Assembly (NCBI RefSeq): GCF_024256425.1
Contig: NC_071110.1
Span: 2,188,274-2,252,273, forward strand
Length of the DNA: 64,000 bases
Direction of reading: 5' to 3'
Source: Clarias gariepinus
Lineage: Eukaryota
Within the stretch, counting starts at the first letter, position 1. Each line of letters begins with the position of its first letter. This document shows, piece by piece, positions 1 through 13,328 of the stretch. The position numbers and the translations under genes are program-made. Below the pieces are notes generated by a model. The model was not told the origin of the DNA and ran no database searches. It worked only from the letters and a program-made list of their open reading frames with translations.

Positions 1-120
1 CTGTGGCTCTATAAGAAAACCACAAATGATAAAGAATCATTTACACACTGGACACCACAGTGAGAACTGAAATCAACGCTCAGGGTGACTGAAGGAAATC
101 TATTCTTAAGCACGCAACGA

Positions 121-153
121 CTAGATTATTATTATTATTATTATTATTATTAT
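121..153. repeat. (ATT)n microsatellite
   Basis: Tandem ATT units are visible directly in the sequence. Confidence 0.9.
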
Positions 154-1227
154 GGTCCAGGCAGTGTACAGTATGATAATGCCTTCAGGTCGGATAATCT
201 GGATGAATGTTATGAAAAAGAATGATCATCAATCTGAAAGAACAATATTTTAAACATTATTGTTTAATTTCTTTGGGATTGGGAGTTGAATTAAATGAGA
301 CATACTGTATATATAGAGAGAGGATTTCTTAAATAACAATTAAGATTTTAAACAATTAAGATTTAATTAGCTTTTTGGACCATTAAAATAATATTTGAAA
401 AATAACAGCCTAAACATTTACTTAATGTAAAGGCATTAATGTTATTTACTTTATTATACATACATGTTCTCTGCAACTTAAAATAACCCGCATCATTCAC
501 TTTATTAGCGGTTTAAAGGAAATGTGTCGCTCCATCCTACAGCGTTACTAGGTAACACCAGGTAATTAATAACCTCCGACAAACAGAGCGAGACCGCAGA
601 TAACTCACCACCCGGCCGCTTGTTATTACTGTTAACATAAAACAATTTAATATAACTTTTATTACTAAATGCGCTTTATTAGTTGATAAAGGATCATAAA
701 TATTGTTAATTATAACAGATTATTTTGTTTCTCACCGCTCGCGACGTTGTATACAATCCGAAAAAAATGGCTGCTCTAATGTGTCTTCTTCTTCTTCTTC
801 TTCTTGGCATCCAATATGTCTCACTACCGCCACCTTCTGGTCGTTTTATTCCTAATCTTCCTTTCAGTTTAAACCTTTTCAAGTGCTGTCTTCCTAAAGA
901 CACCAATACTGTATGTTAAATACTGTACTTTTTTTCCTGGCCTCTGTAAGGGATTTTTTTTTTTTTAGATTTAAAAGAAGTCTACTTTCTTCCTTTTTCC
1001 GTCCTGGATGTAGGGAATATTTCATTTCTAGTGTATTTCATGATATTCTGTGTGCATGACACACTTCACTATCAATAAACACATTTCATAGTATAGTTTA
1101 TGTTAAGGGGCGTAAAACTGGTGAACGCTGTTAAATGCAGAACTACTCCCAAGTTTCTGTTCTTCTTCACCTTATCTTTTATAAACATTCCAGACCAGAT
1201 GTAAAACGCTCCCGCACCCACCTTTTT

Positions 1228-1232
1228 GGTGC

Positions 1233-1278
<46 letters not shown>

Positions 1279-1292
1279 TGTGTGTGTGTGCA
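1228..1292. repeat. (TG)n microsatellite, about 30 units
   Basis: The tgtgtg tract is visible directly. The 73-aa ORF 1072..1293 that reads as poly-HT is an artefact of this repeat. Confidence 0.9.
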
Positions 1293-1415
1293 CATATATA
1301 TATAGTATGAATATCAGTGGATCTGATATTAACGTGTTAAATCTTCCTTGCTACTACCTTTCTGTCTCCTCTTGCATCTGTTGTTAAGGTCCTAACTCTC
1401 CCACGCTTACTTTCC

Positions 1416-1416
<1 letters not shown>

Positions 1417-1460
<44 letters not shown>

Positions 1461-1468
1461 CTTCTCAA
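1417..1468. repeat. (CT)n microsatellite
   Basis: A ctctct tract. Confidence 0.9.
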
Positions 1469-1959
1469 GCTAACACCTATCTGTCCAACTTCCACTCTTT
1501 ATCTCAAGGATTTTACCAGGTTATATTACAATGGTTTATGTCCTTTGTAGTAACAGATGTCCAGTACATGACACCAGGCATTTGGTTGAGCATATAAATA
1601 CTCTGTCCTTTGCTGTTACTTATTCATTCAACTACACAACTTTAATTAACTTTAATACGAATTAACAAACCAACCCGAACCAAACAGATGCTAAGATGCC
1701 AAGCAAAGCAAGTTTACAAATTTAAAGATTATTTATTCAGTCAGCAAAAGTTGTTGTGAGTCAAGCCATGATACCTTCGGCGTGCTTTCAAAGGCTACAT
1801 GAACTTTTGCATGTTTTATTCCTATTCCTGGGGGCTATAACAGATTATTTATAATTACATTAATTCTTATGGGAAAATGCATATCACAATAAAAACTGAA
1901 ATTAATTTCATATGCAGAGGTTCGCCTGTAACATAAATACAAACATAAGGATTGCCTTT

Positions 1960-2640
1960 AATACTTGGATGAACATCCTTTGCAGTCAGTGACTGCAAAA
2001 CCATGGACATGACCAAATGCTGAGATTATTCCCTTGAGATGCTTTGCCAGGAGTTTACTGCAATGGTCTTTAGCCGCTGCTTGTTCATGGGTCTTTCTTC
2101 CTTCAGTTTTGTCTCTTTATCAAGTGCAAGTGAAAAGCATGCTCTGTTGGGTTGAGACCATTTCTGTGCCTTGAAAACTTGGCTAAATCTGAGCAGAAAG
2201 TATATCCCTATACACTTCAGAATTAATCCATCTACTTTTATTAGCAGTCATGTCATCCATAAACACAAGTGACCCGGTAACAATTGCAGCCGTACATTGT
2301 TATGCCATAACACCATGTTCAAAGAAATGATGATGAAAGGTGGTATGCTCTGGATCACAAGCTTGTTCTTTCTTTTTCAATACTTTTCTCTTCGCATCAT
2401 TCTGGTACAAGGTAATTTTGGCTTCATCAGTCCAAAGCATCTGGGAAAGATTTCTGGCAAAGTCTTATCTGACCTTTCTGTTCTTGAGCATTACCAGTGG
2501 TTTGCACCCTGCCATAAATTGTCCTTATTTCATAAAGCCATCACTTGTACTGTATGTAGACGTTAACAATGACACGCTTACCTACTCAAAAATGTTTTTG
2601 ATTTGGCTAGATATCGTGAAATGAAGATGGGATTCCTGTC
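1960..2640 (-). mobile_element. Tc1/mariner-like transposase remnant (DDE catalytic region, frameshifted)
   Basis: The minus-strand translation reads WTDEAKITLYQNDAKRKVLKKKEQACDPEHTTF...VMAWQCTAAIVTGSLVFMDDMTANKSRWINSEVYRDILSAQI...GLNPTEHAFHLHLIKRQN, which resembles Tc1 transposases (WTDE..., DD..D region, [13 protein letters not shown]), but it carries stops and frameshifts. An SB-like inverted-repeat motif tacagttgaagt lies at about 2912. Confidence 0.6.
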
Positions 2641-3866
2641 AAGTCTGGTTCCTCGCAAGGTTTCTTCCTACTGTATCTTAGGAATCCAAATGCCAAAAAA
2701 CACCCTTAACTTTGTTCCAAAATCTTTACACCTGAATGTATCTTAAATATTAAAAACAATTAAATGACAAAAACAAATCTTAAAAAATTTAAGTTTGATC
2801 ATTTCATGTTTGTTATCTTGGCAATAAATGGCCACTTGGGGTGCTATTGACCTGCATATTTAAAAACTATTAGTATGCTGTCACAACTCTTACAGAAACT
2901 ACAAAAAGATACAGTTGAAGTAGAAATTTCAGTGCGTACAGGTGGGTTTTCTTACTACTTTTAGTGATGCAGTTCTAAATAATGTATTTTTTTTAATTAA
3001 GTATTCTGCACAAAACAACTACAGATCGAACTTAAACCACAAGCAACGGTGACGATTTAAGTGATATTATTATTATAATCATCAGCATCAGTTGTAGTCC
3101 CAAACACAAACAGGGACTCTCTCCCTAGTGTAATCTCAAATGCTTTTAATATTATACATTGTGGTCAACATTGCATATTACTATGAAATAAATTTTTATT
3201 TAAGCATCACCGCAAGTTTTTAGAAGAATAAAACTTTAATGTTGTTAGAAACTTCCACAAACTATATTTTATGCACTAAACAGACTTATTTATTGATAAA
3301 TTTCTGCACAAAACAATGCATCCAGTGTATGATGATGCCAATCAGGAAAAGATGATCTACAATACTAGACTGCACAATTTGGTCAAAATTTCACATCAAG
3401 ATTATTTTCACACATATTGTGTTATAAATTGCAATATGTACATATCAAATATACTATTTGGTATTTAAATGTATCACATTTATCAAATGTAACAGCAAAT
3501 AATGGCATAAATAACCAAAAATTAACAAATAATTGACAATCTCAAAATAAATTACTGCCTGTGCGTACATGACCTGCTATAAATCGCAGGCTTTTGTGGT
3601 TGGATCATTCCACATGTCCATAGTGCGACTTCGATTTGTATGCAGCACTATACAGTATATGACTGTGACAGACTGTGTGTTTAACTTGTAAAGCCTAAAC
3701 AAAATTTCATCTTAACATGAAAGCGAGCATTTGTGTGCCAATTGGGTAGCTAAACATTTAGATGCTGTGATTTATCCTTTGTTTCTTTGCCTGTTGGAAT
3801 CGTTTCTGATCTCTCATGAAACATGTTAGATGAAACATCATAGTCACATTCTGTCTGCTCCCACAG

Positions 3867-4379
3867 TTAAACACTCTGCTTTTCTTTTAAATCCTCATCT
3901 CTCATCTTTGTATTATCTGCTAATTCTAAATCGTCCTCCTGTTTCATCCTGTCGGTGAGTGGGTCACAGTTTATGTAATGGAATCGATATTTCTGCTCCC
4001 GAAGCCTTCTTCGAACTGTAGACTGCGATATCTTCACCCCTGCCATGTGAAGATTATTGGTGATGGTGCTGACTGTTGTTTGTGGGTTTTTCTTCACAGC
4101 TCTTACAATGATCCGGTCATCAACGGCGGTCGTCTTCCTCGGCCGCCCCGATCGCTGCTTGGTTGTTAGCACACCGGTGGTTTCTTTTTTTTTCAAGATG
4201 TTCCAAACTGTAGTATTGGCTATTCCTAACTCCTGAGAAATAAGTCTGATGGATTTTCCCTCTTTTCTCAGCTTCAGAATGTCTTCCTTTTCCTCCATAG
4301 TCAGCTCCCTGGTCTTCATTTTGGTTGATCCTTTTTTATAACAATTGTACTCACAGGTGAAATCCAAGACTGAAACCAA
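3867..4379 (-). mobile_element. Tc1-like transposase N-terminal fragment (paired-like HTH DNA-binding domain), pseudogene
   Basis: The 170-aa ORF reads ...TMEEKEDILKLRKEGKSIRLISQELGIANTTVWNILKKKETTGVLTTKQRSGRPRKTTAVDDRIIVRAVKKNPQTTVSTITNNLHMAGVKISQSTVRRRLRE, which matches the Tc1 N-terminal HTH pattern (GRPRK, the LR..G motif). It is truncated and has no DDE domain attached. Confidence 0.6.
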
Positions 4380-5184
4380 GAGCAGGCGTTCAAAGAAATT
4401 AATGAATTAATATCAATCCGATCCCGAGCTCACATCTGGGCAAGAAGAAACACACGTCAGTTAAATGTTTGGGGAATTTGGTAAAATGTTAAATATTTTT
4501 GACCACTGGACAAATGGAGGGGTTCAAACCAAAGGTCATGCTCAAATGTGTAATACTGGACAGACTAAAGTGCCGCTGCATCACTTTCTTTTGGAAGAGA
4601 TAAAGTCAGGGCTAAATCCCAGTACACCACCATCTGCAGGTAATCAAACTGCATTGTGGGTAATGTTTTTTCCCCCTTCTTTTAATGCTCGATATATGAA
4701 ATACTTCCTACATATGAGCCAGGGACTCGGTCTTATGATAAGATAATCCTTCAGGATGTTGTTCAGCAAGTCTGGATAAATGTTACAAAACAAACAGAAT
4801 AAATATCAAACTAAACAACAATATCGTAAACATTATTGTGAATTTCTGTAGTATTGGGCAGGGAAATAAACAGACTATGCACACATGTAATGGATGTGAT
4901 GCAGAATTGTACCTGCAGACAGACATGAAATTAATGGTTAAATATTTAATTAGCTTTTTCTTTTAATTTATTTTTAGGCCTAAAATACTTAATAAACATT
5001 CACAGTAATTATTATACATGCATACAAGTGTATGAAAAATATACATAAAAATATATATAATAATAAACTGCATTCTTCATTATGTTAGATGTTTAAAAGA
5101 AATATTTAGCGCTAAACACTTTATGATCTTTATTGCTGATCAAATATCAAAAATCTTTAAAGGTTTTGAAATCTTTTTTCCCCT

Positions 5185-5351
5185 CACCGCTCGGGACGTT
5201 GTATCCAGGCATGCGCATTAGAACAAAAAAAAAAAAGTGTGTTTCGTCAGACGCAGGGAACCGATTTGACCAATCGCAAAACGCGCTTGACACGACGTCA
5301 TGAAACGCGGAAGTAAGATTCCGTCGGGATAGAATGAATGGATTGATTTAC
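5185..5351 (+). promoter_or_regulatory. CpG-rich promoter-like block with CCAAT box, TGACGTCA-like CRE and a GTAAGT donor (possible non-coding first exon)
   Basis: This is a local CpG cluster in AT-rich surroundings. It contains gaccaatcgc (CCAAT), acgacgtcatg (CRE half-palindrome), cggaag, and then accGTAAGTac, a consensus 5' splice site. Confidence 0.3.
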
Positions 5352-6399
5352 CGTAAGTACTGTATAAAATATATTGGTAATTTATAATGCAATTCTAATC
5401 ACCATAATCTTTAAATATACGTATATGCTATATATAACTGTATAAGATATAATATTAGCAGGGTTTTACTGCACTTAGAAAATATTTCATTAAAATTCTA
5501 TACATTTACAGATTTACAAGCTACAATAATATATACTGTATAGAAAATTACACAGAATGTGCAATGTGTAATTATGCTAGGAATTGCATTTTAAAAAACT
5601 AACCTACACAACTGATTTGTGGAAACAATGTAAATCCTTTACACGTTTATATTTATTATTTTACCTAATAGGAGGCACACTGGTCCTGCGTCATGCACAG
5701 TTTTTAAAATCAGGTGTCCCTTTTGGGGGTCTCAGATCTGATTATTTTGGTACCAGTTTAGGGTCACATGGTCACACGACCAAAAAGCTATTGAAGAAAT
5801 AGTCATTTAATTAATTCACAATATTCAATTAATATTATCTATTATTTCAACAATTAATAATAAACAAAAGCAGTATGCATGGCATTTGTATGTTTAATAA
5901 TAAATTAGAATAACTGGGCCACGTAGTCAGGTAACTAACAAGTACTTTCACTTTTCATTTGGACAGAAATTTGTTGACGGTCCGTAAAATACAGCTTCTG
6001 AATGTCTGTCGAATGTCTGAATATCAAACTAACCTTACCGCGGTCAGTTTTTCCAGGAGAGAGAACATCCATCACTGACCAGGAGAACATACATGAGTGC
6101 TGAAGTTGAATAAATTGTCCCTGAACCTTTTTTTTTTTTTTTATAGTCTGCCTCATCATTCTTGTCTTTCAATACTTTGTATTGTGCATGGATATACTGT
6201 ACTATCACTATAATCTACAACAAAGGTTTTATCTGATAATTAATTTTAATTAATTGATGCTTTGGCATATTTTGCAAAAATCATAGGATATAAAAAATAA
6301 AGGAAATTGTAAAAATTTCCTTGTGTGATATTTTAAAATCTATCTATATATCTATTCAATTGAATTTTATTTGAGTAGCGCTTGTAACAATTGTCCCAA

Positions 6400-8640
6400 A
6401 GCAACTTTACACAATCAAAAGAATTAAGTTTGTACGAAATGTGAATATGTATGAATCAAAATAATAAGATTGTTCCTGATGAGCAAGCCGAGGACAACGG
6501 CGACAGTGGCAAGGAAAAACTCCCTGAGATGGTAAACCAGACTCAACAGGGAACCCTTTCTCATTTGGGTGAAAACGGACAAAAGGGATTTTATTTAATA
6601 CTATGTGAGACTGGAAGTTAAGTATAACAGGAGATGTGTTAAATTAAAAGGAGTCCAGTTTGTTCTTGGAGGCTCAGGTAGACTGTAGGAAATTCCAGTC
6701 CTGAACTATTGAGCGACTGAAGTCACAGGTCCTCAAAAAACAGCTGTCTGCATCAGTCGAGGACAGGACCACCTTTGTGAAAAAGTGGAACCATCCCCAG
6801 TCACCACACGCATCCCAGGCAGACCACACGTGGTCTGGATCACTGGCAGCACAGGAGCGACATGTATACATGTATAGCTCGACAGAGAGATAGGTAGAGG
6901 TAAAGGAAGAGAGCAGAAGAGAAGTGAGCAAAAGAGAGAGAGATGGCAGTTAGGTATGGTTACAGTCGAACAATGTATAAGGTGAATATATATTTAGTGC
7001 AAGTAGGGACTCCGGCAAGACTAACTATGACAGCATATAACACTATTTGGAAGACTGTTCCATAATTTTGGGTCTTTGTAAGAAAAAGCTCTGCCCCCTA
7101 CTGACAAGCAGCCTGCATCCTTTGACCGAAGTAGGTGTGATAGACGTAAGACACTAGCAGGTCGCTCAGATACTGCGGCGCGAGACTATTTAATGCTTTA
7201 TATGTCAAGAGTAGTTATTTTAAAAACAGTTCGAAATTTCACGGGGTGCCAATAAAGTGAAGATAAGATAGGTGTGTTGTGCTCGTATCTTCTGGTTCGA
7301 GTAAAGACTCTCCCTGCTGTATTCTGGATTACCTGAAGCTTGTTTATGCATCTGGTTAAACAACCAGACAGTAAGGCATTACAATAGTCCAACTTAGAGG
7401 TGATAAAAGCATGAACTAGTTTTTCTGCATCGTTTAGCGACAGTATGTTTCTTATCTTGGCAATATTTCTGAGGTGAAAGAATGCTATCCTGGTAATATT
7501 ATCTACATGAGCTTCAAATGAAAGGCTGGAATGTATAATCACACGGAGGTCTTTTACTGTTGAACTTGATGGAACAGAAAGGCCATCTAAAGTTACGGTG
7601 TGATCTAAAATTTTACTCCTAGCTGTATGCGGTCCTATGACTAGAACTTCTGTCTTATCAGGATTAAGCAGAAGGAAGTTAATCAGCATCCAATCAATTG
7701 CTCAACTTTAGTAAGCTGGTTTTAATCATCTGGTTTTGCTGAGACATATAACTGTGTGTTTTCAGCATAACAATGAAAGCTAATACCATGTTTACGAAGG
7801 GGAAAAAGCAGTGGGCCTAAAACTGAATCTCGTGGAACACCAAAGTCAACTAGAGAGCATGCAGAATATTCACCATTTAAGTCTACATTTTGGCATTTGG
7901 CAGACGCTCTTATTCAGAGCGACTTACAATTTTATCTCATTACACATCTGAGCAGTTGAGGGTTAAGGGCCTTGCTCAAGGGCCCAACGGTGGCAACTTA
8001 GTGGTTGTGGGGTTTGAACCTGGGATCTTCCGAACAGTAGTCCAATGCTTTAACCACTGAGCTACCTACATACTGATAACGATTGGTCAAATAGGATCTG
8101 AGCCAGGAGAGGGCTGTACCCTTAATTTCTACTACATTTTCTAATCTGTGCAGAAGAATACCATGATCAATGGTGTCAGAAGCTGCACTAAGGTCGAGTA
8201 ATACAAGCATGGTTACACAATCTTGATCAAAGGCCAATAGGAGGTCATTTACTACTTTAACGAGTGCTGTCTCTGTGCTGTGATGAGGCCTAAATCCTGA
8301 CTGATACAGTTCATGTATGCTATTTCTATGTAGATATGAGCATAGCTGCTCCGCTACTATTTTCTCGAAAATCTTAGAGATGAAGGGGAGGTTTGATATT
8401 GGCCTGTAATTGGACAGCTGACAGGGGTCGAGGTCAGGATTTTAGTAATCAGTTTAATAACTGTAAATTTAAAAGATTTTGGAACATACCTAATGCTGAG
8501 TGAGGAATTCATTATTCTTAACAGGGGTTCTGTTATTATTGGTACTATCTGTTTAAGAAAATGTGTCGGTATAGGATCTAATATACAGGTTGATGAATTT
8601 GCAGAAAAGATGAGTGAAATGAGTTAATTCTCTTTAAGGG
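6400..8640 (-). mobile_element. L2-type LINE (RT region plus C-terminal tail), degenerate, interrupted by a SINE
   Basis: Minus-strand ORFs carry RT motifs: LLDLSAA.DT.DH..LL.RL (7998..8237) and NLRVIIHSSLSFEAHVDNITRIAFFHLRNIAKIR...SKLDYCNALLSGC (7198..7689). The tail downstream reads ...AGCLSVGGRAFSYKDPKLWNSLP, which is the C-terminus typical of fish L2. Confidence 0.7.
7885..8070 (-). mobile_element. tRNA-derived SINE with L2-LINE-like tail, inserted into the LINE RT region
   Basis: It is the reverse complement of the 12451 copy. The tRNA-like head has an A box (tagctcagtgg) and a B box (ggttcaaaccc). The 3' part contains cagacgctcttat.cagagcgacttaca, which is shared with the 3' tails of the L2 LINEs in this window. 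Confidence 0.7.
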
Positions 8641-8900
8641 GAGTAAAGTATTCTAGGTTCTGATCTGACATAGTAAGTTTACTAGGTTTCTAACTAACTG
8701 ACATCAGTCAAACACAGAGGTTTTTTGAAGAACTGGAAATGTCCTGAGTCGCTGTTTAAAGATTGTCAAAGATTTTGGTATACGGACATCTAGAAGAGGT
8801 CCGTTCCACCACCTAGGTGCCAGAACTGAAAAGAGTCTGGATGAATGTCGTCCTTGATCCCTAAGAGATGGTGGTACGAGGCGAGCCGTGCTGGAGGATC
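8640..8900 (-). mobile_element. L2-type LINE 3'-end fragment
   Basis: Its nucleotide sequence matches the 3' ends of the LINEs at 17670-17730 and 45960-46020 (gacatctagag..ccaccacctaggtgccagaac...ctggatgaatg.cg.cct.gatccc). Confidence 0.6.
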
Positions 8901-10684
8901 GAAGGGAACGTGTTGCAGTGCAATATCAGTGTATGAAAGGTAATTTGCTAAGTCTAAGTGACACTTTTTCCATCCTACCACTATATTTGGAGCTTTCTGC
9001 ACTAGTGACTCAATTTCTTCTACAATCTATTGTCCCACATGGGAAAAAAGTGCACTTCCCAACAATAATTCATATCAAAAACCTGGAAACTGGTTTAATC
9101 ATGAAGACTCTTCTTTCCAGTGAGCCATGGTCAAGAGAATCAACACAGCAGGACCATTGGACAAGGTTGAAAAGATAAATATTTACCAAATTTTAACCAA
9201 CAGAGTAATTTCCGTTGGAAAATACATTTCAGTATACCATGTCAGGTGAGGAAAGTGTCACGTGGGTGCCTGTTTTGGGTAGGCAGGCTGGAGGACCCAA
9301 AAGCAGTTACAACAGATCAGATTGAGGTTGATATTTTTAATAAAAAGTGTGCTAAAAGCAGAAAAAAAGGATAAATTTAGCAAAATACAGAATAATCAAT
9401 ACAGAATGATGCAGTTTAGGACGGACGGCAGAGCAGGTTAAAAAGCAGGCAGATTCAGAGAGCATACAACGCGCAGGGTGAGAGCAGCTGCACAAGATCA
9501 AAAGACGTAGAGCGCTTGCAGTTTCTAACACACAGAGTGAGAGCAGCCACGAAAGAAAGTCAGGGTTGTAAACAGAGGGACTGCCGATCAAACTGAATTC
9601 AAAAGCACACAGCTGTAGTCCAAATGAAAATAATCCTGGGGATACAGACAGAGCCAAAGTCGAAAGCACAAACAGAAGATCAAAGCTGGTAGATCAGTCA
9701 GCATGGCAAACAAGTTTATCCTGAGAGGCAAAAACGTAATCCTTGGAGGCAAAAAGGTCACGAAAAACTGGGCTATAAGCATGCAATAATCACCAAGGAC
9801 TGGCTTTTTGAGGGAGAGTTATATAGGGAAGAATGGTAAATGAGATGAGACGCAGGTGTGCTCGAGCATAAATGAATAAGGCGGCAAAATGGAAGCAGCA
9901 GAATGGAGTGTGGAAAGGGATTACCGGTGATCATGGCTTGTCACGAGAAGTGGGCGTTACCTGGCGATCCGCGACAGTAACACTCCCCCCCCCACCCCCC
10001 ATGGCCGACACCGGGCCTTAGCTGGTGCTTTTGGGTGTTGTTGGTGGAATTCCGAAATTAGGTGTGGGTCAACAATGAACCTGGCAGGGACCCAACTTTT
10101 CTATTCTGGGATTACCCCCTCCAATCGATGAGGTATAGTAAGCCTCGCCCTCAGCGTTGAATGTTTAGTGCATTGTGAAAACTTTGCCCCTTTGTACCGT
10201 CAATGAGTCGAGGAGGAGGAGAAGGGTGGGGAGGTAACAGGCTGTGTACTAGTCACCTGAGCTGAGAGACATGAAAGGTTGGATTGATGCGGCACATAGA
10301 AAGTGGTAGGGAAAGCCTAAGGAAGACAGGGTTGATTACCTTGGTCCGATGAATCTGGGTGACAATTTGTTGAAAGTTGTTTTAAGGGGAATGTCTCGGG
10401 GCTGGGCGCTGTTGTGCGGCTTTGGTCAGCTTGCCTTTTAAAGATGCTGACGGAGTGAAGTAGACAGGTCCTGGCCTGGGACCAAATCCTCCTGCAATGG
10501 CATATGAAAGAACTAGCTCAAGGTACCATTACTTTCTCTGCTTGGGCTGGGAACAGAAGTGGCTGATAGCCAAAGCAGCACTGGAAGAGAGAGAAACCTG
10601 TGGAGGACGTTGGCAGCGAATTGTAGTCTCCGTGTAGTCGTATCTCATGACACCATGCACCTTAGGGCTTTCTCCAACTCTTGG

Positions 10685-10993
10685 TTAAGTCTTACTCTGA
10701 TCGTTTGACTTAGGGTGATAACCAGAGGATAGACTGGGTGTCGCTCCGATCAATCTGCAGAAGGCACTCCAGAACTCACCGGAAAATTGGGGGCCATGGT
10801 CAGAAACGATGTCAGAGGGGAGCCCATGCAGACGGAACACAAGGAGGATCATCAATGCACAGGTGTCACAGGCTGCCACAAACCTCAGAACATCATCTTT
10901 CATAAAGGCCCACCAGAATCGTTGCTGGAGTAGGTATAGAGTGTGGGCTTCTCCAGGGTGGCAGCCCTGAGAGCTATGTCCCCATTCCAACAC
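10685..10993 (-). pseudogene. Gypsy integrase core fragment
   Basis: The motifs HPG...FWW, SDHGPQF and HPKSNDQ are the integrase zinc-finger/DDE hallmarks (HHCC ... D,D35E region). Confidence 0.7.
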
Positions 10994-12007
10994 TTGAAGT
11001 CGGACAGAGACCTGGACAAAGAGGTGGTCGGGGAGGTGTCGCTAGGGTTTGGTTCCTGATTGAGTGCTCTCCTAACGTGCCTTTCGACATCCAGGCGTGC
11101 GGCTGCTACAAGACAGCGAGAAGGCAGAATTAATCAGCGTCGGTTATTGAGGTGTGGAGAACTGTTGGGACAGGGCGTCAGGTTTGGCATTTCTGGAGCC
11201 AGGGTGATACGAGAGCGTGAAGTTAAAACGTGAGAAAAATAGACTCCACCTTGCCTAAGTTTTTGTTGTCATACCAGACTGAGAAATGGGAAGCAGTTCT
11301 CTCCAACCATTGTCTCCACTCCACTAGAGCAAGCTTTACCACCCGATCTCCTATGTCGTAATTTCTCTCTGCGGGGGTGAGATGACAGGAGAAGTAAGAG
11401 CACGGGTGTAGCTTATCATCCTTAGATGATCGTTAAGACAAGATAGCCCTGAGTCCAGACTAGGAGGCATCCACCTCCACTACAAACTGAAGGGAAGGGT
11501 CTGGGATGGCTACAATGGGCACCGAGGTGAATCTGTGCTTAAGGTCAGACAACGCATTTTCAGCCTGTTTGTTCCAGAGGAAGGGAACTCTTGTGGAGAT
11601 TAGCGCGGTGAGGGGAGCTGCCACTGAACTAAAATTCCTAATGAAGTGCCTGTAGAAATTGAAAAACCCCAGGAATCGTTGGAGGTCTCGTCTTGAGTTG
11701 GAAGTGGGCCAGTCTGTGACAGCCGTTAACTTGGATGGCTCCATTTGTAGGCTGCAAAGGGTGATAATGAACTCAAGAAAGGTCACAGAGCTGTGGTGAA
11801 ATTCACACTTCTCTGTTTTTACATAGAATTTATTTTCAAGGAGTCTTTACAGGAGCTGTTGGACATGCAGCTCATGCTTTTTCAAGGAACAAAAGAAGAT
11901 TAAGATGTCATCTAGTTAAGCAAAGACAGAGATATTTAAAAAGTCTCCCAGGACATTATTAACTAGGGCCTAAAAAACAGCAGGGGCATTGTTCAGACCG
12001 AAAGGAA

Positions 12008-12352
12008 CTACCAGGTACTCGTAGGCCTGCAGGAGCTCGAAGGCCATAGACATGAGAGGATAGCATTTTTTGATTTTAATGGATAGAAGTTCTTGATTTT
12101 AATGGCATTAAGCCCACAGTAGTCAATGCATGGGCGAAGACTTCTCCCTCGTGTCCTTGAAAAAAAAACCCGGCTTCTCCTGGCAAGGAGGAAGGTTGGA
12201 TAATCCCTGCTGCCAGTGATTCGGTGATGTATCTGTTCATGGCCTCCCTTCTGGGGCAGATAGGGAGTACAAGCATCCCCTAGGGGGTGTAGTACCTGGA
12301 AAGAGATCAATAGAGCAATCGTAAGGTCTGTGCAGTGGCAGAGAGAGGGCAC
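12008..12352 (-). pseudogene. Gypsy reverse transcriptase fragment
   Basis: [21 protein letters not shown] is the RT palm motif typical of Ty3/Gypsy. The overlapping ORF 12076..12276 carries [10 protein letters not shown]. Confidence 0.65.
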
Positions 12353-12450
12353 GTGCCTTACTGAAAACTTGTTGGCGGTTGCTGTATTCAGGTGGGTTGT
12401 TAAAAAGATCAGAACATCCTGAGTGACAGAGAGCGATAAGTTACCAACGG

Positions 12451-12640
12451 GCCAGGGGTAGCTCAGTGGTTAAGGCATTGGACTACGGTTCAGAAGATCC
12501 TAGGTTCAAACCCCACAACCACCAAGTTGCCACTGTTGGGCCCTTGAGCAAGGCCCTTAACCCTCAACTGCTCAGATGTGTAATGAGATAAAAAAAAAAA
12601 TTAAAAAAAAATGTAATGTAAATGTAAGTAAGTTCTAGCA
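12451..12640 (+). mobile_element. tRNA-derived SINE (A/B boxes, L2-like tail, A-rich end) inserted in the Gypsy element between PR and RT
   Basis: The head reads ggggtagctcagtggttaaggcattggactacggttcagaagatcctaggttcaaacccc, which is tRNA-like. It ends in an A-run and aatgtaaatgtaag. It is the reverse complement of the element at 7885..8070. Confidence 0.75.
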
Positions 12641-13052
12641 GAGTGAAGCCATGAGGAGAAACAGGCAGGGCTTCAATCGAGGACTTGGCCCAGTCAATGT
12701 TGGGGTTATGTCTCATCAGCCATAGAGCCAAGGACAACAGGGGCGTGAGAGTCCTCCATCATAAGGAAGGAGATTCTTAGAGTGACTAGGGACTGGTGTG
12801 CAGCGAGTTATGGATGGTAGGAAACTTCTGTTGAGGGCCTGTACAGATAAGGAGGTGTCTAGGGGTAAAAAAGGGATTTTCAATTCTCTTTCTGTTGCAG
12901 CACATATCAGGTCTTGGTCAGATCCAGAGTCAATGAGGGCTCTTAGTTGATTAATCTTGCTATTCCAAATGATCATAACCGGTAGTAAGGGCGTCAGCTT
13001 GGGAGGTTTGTTTAAGAAGGGCCCTCCAAGGCTCCCAGTTTCATTGTGGGCC

Positions 13053-13328
13053 CTATCCTTGTAATGGCCATTGAAGGCGAAAATTGCCTATTTGACCGCA
13101 GTGGAAACAGGCCTGCTTTTCTCGCCAACGTTGGCGTTCCTCAGGAGATATTCGGGCCCGGTCGACCTTCATAGGCTGGACAGGGAAATTAGCGGTTTGT
13201 GTGGGGGGGGGGGGGGGGGAGGGGTATGATTGAGAAAAAAATGAGGTAAAAAATAGAGGAAGATGAAGTCTGCTCCACTGATGATCTCCTGTCATGCAGT
13301 AAGGACCTAAATGAAGTATGTTTTCCAT
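13053..13328 (-). pseudogene. gag zinc-knuckle (CCHC) fragment
   Basis: The ORF reads EERQRWREKQACFHCGQIGNF. A 160-bp copy of this block recurs at 21128..21300. Confidence 0.6.

Noticed and set aside
1072-1293. 73-aa ORF rich in His-Thr repeats
   Set aside because: It is produced entirely by the (TG)n microsatellite read in frame and is not a gene.
4465-4746. 93-aa ORF on the + strand next to the Tc1 HTH fragment
   Set aside because: It has no recognisable domain and probably lies in the transposon leader or terminal repeat region. I treated it as non-coding.
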